A DNA stretch of 64,000 nt from Rhizaria sp. SCN 62-66. Its lineage: Eukaryota. Positions 56,401-64,000 of this stretch are shown here, piece by piece. A model generated the notes under the pieces. That model was not told where the DNA came from and did no database searches. It was given only the letters and a program-made list of their open reading frames with translations. The translations under genes were made by a program, and so were the position numbers. The stretch spans positions 1 to 64,000 of the forward strand of contig MEDY01000025.1 of assembly GCA_001724265.1 (NCBI GenBank), written 5' to 3'. The stretch's first letter is position 1; the number at the start of each line of letters is the position of its first letter.

Positions 56401-59400
56401 AGGCACTTACACTCGAGGCCGCGCTGAGACCGGAGGTACTTACAGTAGCCGAGGAGCCTGCGGACAGCACGAACGGGCTCGCCACCGCGGGGAAGTTGAA
56501 GTTAGGCCGCGTCGCCGCGTGAAGAATAGCCGCGCTGAGCTGGGGGTGGTACTGGGCCCTCAGCCACAACGGCGACCGCGGGTCGACAACGCACTTAGAC
56601 GGGCTAAGTACCCCCTTAGACGCTCCAGCAGCGCAGGTAAGCGCGGCCAATGAAGGACACAGCGCTCCGTTGGCGCTGAAGCAAGCACTCGCGGCGTTGT
56701 TTGCGCGATTGCTGTTACTATTTGCGGTGTATGCCAGCGCTGTCACGGCCGGCAACGCGTTATTAGAGCTGTTATTCGCGCTACTCGCCGTTGTGGCTGT
56801 TGTTGTAGTAGTAGAGAGCAGCACTTCGTCCCAGTTGCCGCAAAACCTGCCGGCGGCGACACCACAGCCCACCCCCAGAGTAGCCATCGTCAGACTGCCG
56901 CCGCCACTGCCGCTGCCGCTGCTGCTGTTGCTGTTGCTGTTGCTGCCGCTAACGCTGACAGTGTTGATGCTCGTGTCGGCGGTGTTGTTGGTGACTGTGA
57001 TTGTGGTGGTGGTGGTGGCGGAGGAGGCGGGCACGAAAGCAGGCGCGCAGGCTACGGTGGCGGCTTGCCACAGCAGCGTCCTCAAACCATCAACACTATT
57101 ACCACTCTCATTATCATTATCATGATCATTGTCAACCGCAGTAGCGTTTACGCCAGCGTTAAAGTTGTTGTTGCTGCTGATCTCCAAAGCGCCCGCGGCG
57201 TTGGCGGCGGCGGCGGCGGCGACGGCGACTGCAACGGCGGCCGGTGACGGCGCCGAGGCTGGGGCGTCCGGGTTGTAGTTATAGCCGCCAGCGCCAGTGC
57301 CAGCGCCAGAGCCGCTTGTGGCAGAGCTCGAGGGGGCATTCGCGCTGCTGCTGCCGCCGCCGCTGCTGCTGCTGCTGCTGCTGCTGGTGAAGTGCAGTGA
57401 GATGTTTGGACTGGGCCCGTCCCAGACACGGCCGCTGCAGACGGGCGCCGTGAGGGTGACCTCGCGCACGGACACGCCGCCCCCCGCCTCCTCACTATGG
57501 GCGCCCACGGTCACCTGCGCCTCGAAGCAGCTGAACGGCGGCGGCGCGCGCTTCGGCGCGGTGGCGGCGGCCACGGCGGCGGCAGCGGCGGCGGCGGCTG
57601 AGGCGCCCTTTTTGTTGGCCATGGACGCCAGGACTAGCTGTGCCTTGGTCAACCCCTTTGTGGCGCTCCGGCCCTTAGTTAACAGCAAAGACCCTCCTGA
57701 CGTCGGAGTGTTAGGATTCGCAGCGGCGGCGGCGGCGGCGGCGGCGCGGGCAGCGGCGGCGGCGTCGGCAGCGGCATTCATATCGTCGATGAACGAGCCA
57801 ACGCTGACACTCTTCGAGGAGGTCTTAGCAGCAACAGTCTTAGCTTTAGCGTTGGAGTTGTTGTCGTCGTCGTCACTTTCACTAGAGCTCGAGCTTGAGC
57901 TGCTGTCATTGCCGTTCGGAGCAGCCTCAGCCTCAGCTTCAGCAGTAGCAGCAGCAGCAGCAGCAGCAGTTTCAGTCTCAGTCTCTAGCTTCGGCTCAGT
58001 CTCAACAGCGTCCGTCACAGCATCCGTGTTGGGATCCACATCCGCAGCCTCAGCCTCACATTCAGCCTCAGATGCGGTTTCGTCGTCCTCATCGTCCTCA
58101 TCGCCGTCATCGCGGTTGTCGATATCATTACCAGCCCCAGCCTCAGCCTCAGCATTGGCATCGACGTCATTGGTCTCGGCCTCAACCCCAGCCTCATCCT
58201 CAGCCTCAGCCTCAGCAGGGGTCTTCTTAGCACTGGCGCCGGCGCCAGCTGAGCGCTTAGACTTGTTGTTGCTGCTGCTATGATTGGCAGAGACGGCTTT
58301 TTTCGGAACCGGCCACACCTTGTCGGTCAGCGTCTGCGGTAACCGGTGGGGAGCAACCGTGAGACAGAGGTACTCAATGGCGGCTTGACTTAAAATGCGC
58401 ACGAGCTCGCCCTCAGGGGGGGTAGTTGTCACCTCAACAGCAGCCGCTGTCGCAGTTGCAGTAACATTTGCACTTGACTTGTCGCTGCCGCCGCCGCCGT
58501 CGTTGTCCTTGTCCGTGTCGTCATTGGCAGTACTCGTAGCGCTCGCAGCCGAGCCGTCCCAGCTGTCCCCCGCCCCCTTACTATGGGCGTCGTCGTCGTC
58601 GAACAGCGGCACTGCGATGGCGGTCAGGCCGGGCACGGCCACGGCGAGTTGGCGGCTCTCGATCGCTGGAACCGGCAGCGGCACGGGCGCGAACAACACA
58701 CTGGCACTGGCAGTGGCACTGGCAGTGGAAGTGTGAGTGTTGTTGTTGTTAGGGTCGCCAACGTCAACAGTGATCACAGCCACACTATTAGGGTTGCTAC
58801 TAGGAGTGATATTAGGGTTATTGAGGTTGCTATTATTCGCGAGAGGTAAGGTTGTTGTGACACCAGGCAGTGACCGGTTAGGCCTTAACCACACTGCTTC
58901 AGTCTCTGCAGCACTCTCAGCAGCATTCGCAGTCTCACTACTCTCTGTGGCTTGACTTTCCACCAGCGCGGCCTGACTTCCGACCGCGGCGGCCTGACTT
59001 CGGCGGCACTGCTCCACGGCCGCGGCCGCGACCGCCGCGACGGCCGTCTGCGCCAGCGCGGCAGGCACCGCGCAGGCCTGGGTCAGATAGGCCACAGCCG
59101 AGGCCAGCGTGGACGTGGCCAGGGAGAGAGAGCGCGGGGGTAGGTGGAGGAACGCGGCGGGCGGGGGCAGCGACGACAGGGACTGGGAGAGGGCTGGGGT
59201 GAGTACCGCTACTGCTGAGTTAACAGAGGGGGCGGAACTAAGGGGGTACTTAGATGACGACGACGACGACTCGCTCGCAGTATTCGAACCCTTACTGTTG
59301 TTCTTGTTTAGGGTGTGGTTGATGGTGGCGGCGGCTGACTTGGTTGCGGCCGAGGACGAGGCGAAGGGGTTCGAAAGTAAGGCCGCGTGTAAGTGGTACT

Positions 59401-59621
59401 GAGACAGCTCCGCCCGACTCACAACTGGCACAACAGCAGCAGCAGCAGCACCGGTCGAAGAACCCTCAGTATTGTTGTTATAGCTTGCGCTGTGAAAATC
59501 GTCGTCCTCGTCGTCGTCGTCGTTGTCGTTGGCTTCACTATCACTGTTGTCGTTGTTGTTCAGCTGCTTATTACCAGTAACACCGCTGCCGTCCTCCTCC
59601 TCGTTCTCAGCGTTGAGCTTG

Positions 59622-59655
<34 letters not shown>

Positions 59656-60630
59656 CGGCCTCGGCCTCCGTCTCGGCCGCGGGGGGCGCCCATTCGTCCC
59701 CCACGCCAAGCCCGCGCCGCACCAGGCTCCACAGCCTGTGCTCCAACGCCGCCGGCAGCGACAGCACCGGCAGAGGCAGCGCGCCCGCCAAAGCCCCCCC
59801 GCCGCCGCTGCCCCCAGAGCTCTTGTTGTAGTTCGCGCCGCTCTTAGGGTGACTGTGGGCGGAGTCCTGGGAAGTGACAAAATGGAGTATAAAGCGGGGA
59901 TAGTGTAAGTATAAAAAAATGGTTCATTTAAAAATAGCAATTAATTATTGGTTAATGCATTATAGAGCTATAGTGATATTTCTCTTCCACTGAGCGCGAT
60001 ATATGCCGTCAAATGCGTGTTTTGGCTCTTACTTACCTTGGGCCTGATGCTCGCGGGCAGACGGAGCGCCACCGGCACTGGCCGGGCCGGCAGAGTGAAT
60101 GCCGAAGCACCTGCAGTGTGTGTCGTCGTCGTCGTCGTCGCAGCGGTGGGAGTGGCAGAACCATCACCGGCGGCGGCGGCATCAGCAGCAGCAGCAGCAG
60201 TAGTGATTTTATTGTTTGCATTGTTGTTGCTGTTTCTACTAGGGTTAGTTTGTGCTGCAACGCCCAAGGCAGCTGCCGTTAACACAATGCCACGCTTGTT
60301 AGCCTTCCGTTGAAAGCCGCCGCCGCCGCCGCCGCCGCCGCTGTTGCTGCTGTTGCTGCTGCTGCTAGGACCTTTCGTGGTAGCGGTAGCAGTAGCAGTA
60401 GCAGTAGCCGCAGTTGCAGTTGCAGGAGCGGTAATAGTAGCTGTCGCGCTGTTGTTGGCGCTAGCATTAGCACTGTTAGCAGTTGCAACAGTGGCATCAG
60501 CAGCGTTGGCAGAAGCACTGGCAGTGGCTATGGCGGCAGCGGCGGCGGCGGCTGCTGCCGAGGCGCCGGGGGCAGTCATGCCGGGCTGGAAGCCGCGCAA
60601 AAGCGGGGCTTTGTTGTTGCGCTTGCTCAT
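47417..60630 (-). CDS. Giant DEAH/RHA-family RNA helicase (DHX29/36/57-like), ~4287 aa. Exons 60630-60037, 59866-56175 and 55994-47417
   Basis: AETGSGKTT, QPRRITA, VGYSVRFD, YCTNGILLRRL, DEVHER, MSAT, PGRTYPV, LIFLPG, STNIAETGVT, QQRAGRAGR, CYRLF and HA2 LTSLGRVAAALPL. The three ORFs join in frame through GTAAGT..CAG (phase 0) and GTACGT..CAG (phase 2) introns. Stop TAA. Confidence 0.87.
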
Positions 60631-61503
60631 CGAACCGCTTTAAGCACAATATAGCACGAGCGCTGTTGCTGTCGGGTGAGGGGTGCGAAGGCTGGCCAAG
60701 TTCTAGCTGAGCGAGGTAGCAAGACACAGTTGTCAGGATCAAAGAGCTGCGCTGTTTGACTATGGAAGCTGTAACTAGGCCAAATAAGAACTAGTTAGTG
60801 TCTAAGCGTGGTATGCTTAAGAGCACGCACTAGGCTGTCTATGTGTATGGGCGAGAAAGTGATGAAAAGAAAGACCCGTGACAGGAGCAGAGTGAGGGAA
60901 GAGCGAGATTTACGAGACCAAGAGTGTGACGAGGGCTTCCTCGAGAAAGAGATATCTCAGCAGATACGTCCTCAACAAGCATCTTATTACAGGATAACAC
61001 AGACCACAAAGATTGAAACTCCATTACAAGCATCATATCTCTAGTGACGGACATTGAGTCGATATCTCAAACAATTCCTCAACCTGTCCAGTGACCGCAG
61101 CTGCCGTCCCCGTTTTTTAGGTCCCACCCCTTGGCCTCCTGCCGACCGACCAACCAACCAAGAGTCGACCGACGCAGCAACGCCGAGCGTCTTGTCGCTT
61201 TGCCTTGCCCTCCACCAAGAGTTTCCATACTCACCCCCGGGATACTACTTGCGTTAAACCTGCTATCCCCCTTTTTACATTCTCTGCAGCGCCTATCTTG
61301 CCTGTTTATCCTTCGTCGCCGCATTCACCGAAAGCCTCTCTCACGCCCACGCTCTCGACCATCCGCTTCCCACCTCGTATCCCCCCTATCCTTTCCAATC
61401 TAGACCGCAACTCTTCCCATAACAGAGCCCCCGCGCTTTTGTTCTCAATACCCCCGCCAGGTTGCCAAGAAACGCGCGTTTGCCGAGTATATATCCCTCC
61501 AAA

Positions 61504-63122
61504 ATGCTCCGCTCCACCGCAGCCTTCCGCTCCGCGCTCCGCAGCGGCACCAGCGCTCTGCGCGTTGCAAGTGTTGCCACGACTGCTGTGACAGCGCCCA
61601 ACGCCACCGCCAAGTTTAGCCTTGCTTCGACTTCTAATGCTTTTACGAACAAGCTTTCTCTTGTCGCCGCCCCTGCCCGCTTCAACTCGACCGCCGCTGC
61701 CCCCGTAGTCCCCCCCGTTGCCCCCGCTGCTGCGACGGAGCCTGCTGCTGCAGCTGCTGCTGCTGCTGCGACGACGGAGCCCCCCAAGCCGAAGCTGTCT
61801 CTGCGGCAGCGCTGGCGCGCGGCCCGGGCTGAGTCCAGCTTCCGTCAGTTCTTCCCGCGCAACTTCTACCGCTACACCGCCTTCTCCTTCGCGGGCTTCT
61901 ACGCGCTCAACGCCGTGACCGAGCACTGGGTGGACCTGCTCCGCGATCTCCACGTGCCTGCCTCCATCATCGAGTCGGCTGTGTACCACGAAGGGGCGCT
62001 GCACGCCCTGGCCGTTGTGGCGCTCATCAAGGGCGGCGCTCACGTGCTCTCTCTCGGCGGTAAGCCCTCCGAGCGCGTCATCCAGGAGATCATGAACGCC
62101 TGCGCGCAGCGCCCCGCGGTCCAGGCCGCGCTGGGGCCGAACGTGCGCGTGGGCGTGCTGTCGACCTACGCCTACACCGACAACGCGCTGCGCGTCCGGA
62201 ACTCACGCCGCCGCGAGGCCGAGAAGTGGGCCTCGCTGGCCACGCTGGGCGAGCTCACCGAGCCCGCGCCCGTGCCGCTGTGGCGCCGCATCTTCCGCCG
62301 GGCCGCCAAGAAGGGCGCGGCGAACCTCACCCCCAACGGCTCTGTCACTGGGACCGCCGTCGTGACTGCAGTGGACGATGTCAACGTGAGCGTGACGCAG
62401 AAGATGAGCGACATCAGCGTCGCCCTGCCTGGCGCCCCCGAGGAGCTGATCGCTGCCACCACCGCCGCCGCCGCTGTGAAGGCTAATGCTGCAACTGCTG
62501 CAACTGCTGAGGCTACTGATGCTGCTGAGGCTACTAAGACTGCTGCTGCCGCCGATGCGACTACGACTGCGAATACTGATGCGGCGGCGGCGGCCACTGC
62601 GATCGACCCCGCGACGGGCATGCCCGTGGCGCTCAAGGAGCGTTTCGCCGGCCAGGCTCAGCGCGCCAAGGACCACGCGGTCGACTACTCCGGTTGGGGC
62701 CGCATCTGGAAGGCGCGGCGCGTCCAGGTCGTCATGCATGTCATCGGCGACACGGACTCGGCGCTGCTGCTGGCCGAGGTTGAGAAGAAGCACACCGGCT
62801 GGAGCGACCTCTACCAGGTACGACATTTATGATGAGAAACAAAGACATCTTGTGGTATTGTTTGATTTGAAGTAGTATAGGGTAGAAGCGGACTTTGATT
62901 TTTATGAAACTCACTTTTTTTGTTGATCGCCCAATTTTTGTACACCTTTGTTACTATTTATCACAGGGTTTCACGGAGTTCCGCACGTTCCAGTTGGTGT
63001 CTCTGACGACGGGCAAGGTGCTCAACATGGAGGGCCCCGAGCAGGCGACTCTGCTCAACAACGCCAAGCTGACACAGCTCTTCAACACCATCCCCGCTCC
63101 GCAGCCCAACCCCTACCTGTGA
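61504..63122 (+). CDS. Probable mitochondrial inner-membrane protein, Tim21/Coa1-like. Exons 61504-62817 and 62967-63122
   Basis: Arg/Ser/Ala-rich presequence (MLRSTAAFRSALR...ARFNST), TM segments, and AVQAALG.NV...MHVIG...ALLLAEVEKK...FRTFQL, which resembles the Tim21 fold by eye only. Stop TGA. Confidence 0.55.
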
Positions 63123-64000
63123 GCGAGTCATCCGTCAGTGACCCCCATCGCCAGTCAGTCAGTGAGAGAGAGAACGCGAGGCGCCAGTCAGTGAGAGAGT
63201 GAGTCGGTGGCGGTGAGGCTGGGGTGACACGCGCTCGCACAGTCACACTAAAGTCATCGTCACAGAGTCATTGTCAATGGCAGTCCAGTGACGACTGCGA
63301 GGTATTGAGAAGAGATGTAGAATGTGTTGTTGTGAGGATCGCTTATTGTTGTTATTATTATAAGGTTACTTAGGGCCAAGGTGTTACGTATCCCTGTTGT
63401 TGTTGTTGTTGATGTTATTGGAGTTATATTGAAGCGTCATTGTGTTCAGAGTGCTTTCGTTGCGCTGTTTACGGAAAGGATAGAACGCTTAGTTGGACTT
63501 TGTTGGAGGTATTTATCACGGCAAATACATATATTTATTGTTAAAGGACTTGATTTTGCAAGGTTATCTTGAGTAGTGGCTATTAAGCAGTGTTATGCAG
63601 TGGAATGCGGCAGTTTACGGTCTTTGAGTGCTTGAGTTTGTTGCTCTCAGCCGACTGTGTATTGAACACAATCGACTGGCTAAGATAAGATTTATCTCAG
63701 TAGGGAGACCGTCATATGGACTGTGGCAGCACTGACGCGATTTAACTTAATGCAAAATATTATTTATGCTTTTTATAGTTTGTGGAAGTGCAGTTTGACC
63801 TCTGTGCAAGTCTTGTTTGTTTCACTCTCAGCACCACGCGACGTGACCTGGCTCGTGGCATAATTTCTCTCGATGCCTCACGCTCACATGCACTCTCTTT
63901 TAAATGCCTCTTTGCAACCTTGCCTTTGCTGTTTCTATGATTCCATTTCTCAGGTATTTCGTTTCTCTTGCGTTGACTCTGCGTCAGTATCTCGGAAAGA

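Larger units (their letters stand above)
1986..59000. repeat. Dispersed motif B, GGCGGCYTRACTT / AAGTYARGCCGC
   Basis: Copies at 1986, 12750, 31291, 35692, 36112, 45274, 50578, 56499, 58968, 58988 and others, in both orientations relative to transcription. Confidence 0.65.
14353..59254. repeat. Dispersed palindromic motif A, consensus GTCTAAG-TACCCC-CTTAGAC, plus half-sites
   Basis: Full or near-full copies at 14353, 22898, 31964, 32216, 32856, 35018, 36803, 38701, 38728, 40114, 49658, 53462, 55214, 56602 and 59238, with dozens of half-sites. Confidence 0.85.

Noticed and set aside
14353-59254. Motif A as a CRISPR repeat
   Set aside because: Copies are dispersed inside eukaryotic exons with irregular spacing and mixed orientation. 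There are no spacer arrays or cas genes.
993-62875. Many long antisense and alternative-frame ORFs in the track
   Set aside because: They are shadows of GC-rich, trinucleotide-repeat coding sequence and contain no recognisable domains.

Overview
Gene-dense nuclear DNA of a GC-rich microbial eukaryote (protist), with AT-richer introns and spacers. I can support 17 protein-coding genes: partial RPL17, a WD40 protein, mitochondrial RPS16, RPL29, a DASH/Dam1-complex Dad4/Dad1-like subunit, a SET1-type methyltransferase, PSMB2, U2A', THG1, a DUF1295 membrane protein, an ankyrin protein, an MRH+EGF receptor, a Rubisco-LSMT/SETD3-class SET protein, a Q-rich hypothetical protein, a DNAJC11-like protein, a ~4,290-aa DEAH helicase and a Tim21/Coa1-like protein. 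There is also one tRNA-Gly(GCC). Main finding: TAG appears to be read as a sense codon. It lies in frame inside otherwise intact genes (at the conserved Glu77 of THG1, inside the MRH domain, at codon 10 of the Dad4-like gene, and possibly in 5' SET1), while none of the 16 visible gene ends uses TAG (10 TAA, 6 TGA). The best fit is a nuclear code with UAG=Glu and UAA/UGA=stop. Second finding: long exons carry many copies of a frame- and strand-independent palindromic DNA motif (GTCTAAGTACCCCCTTAGAC and its half-sites) and a second motif (GGCGGCYTRACTT). Intron donors are mostly GTACG rather than GTAAG. All family assignments and splice models were made by eye and no searches were run.
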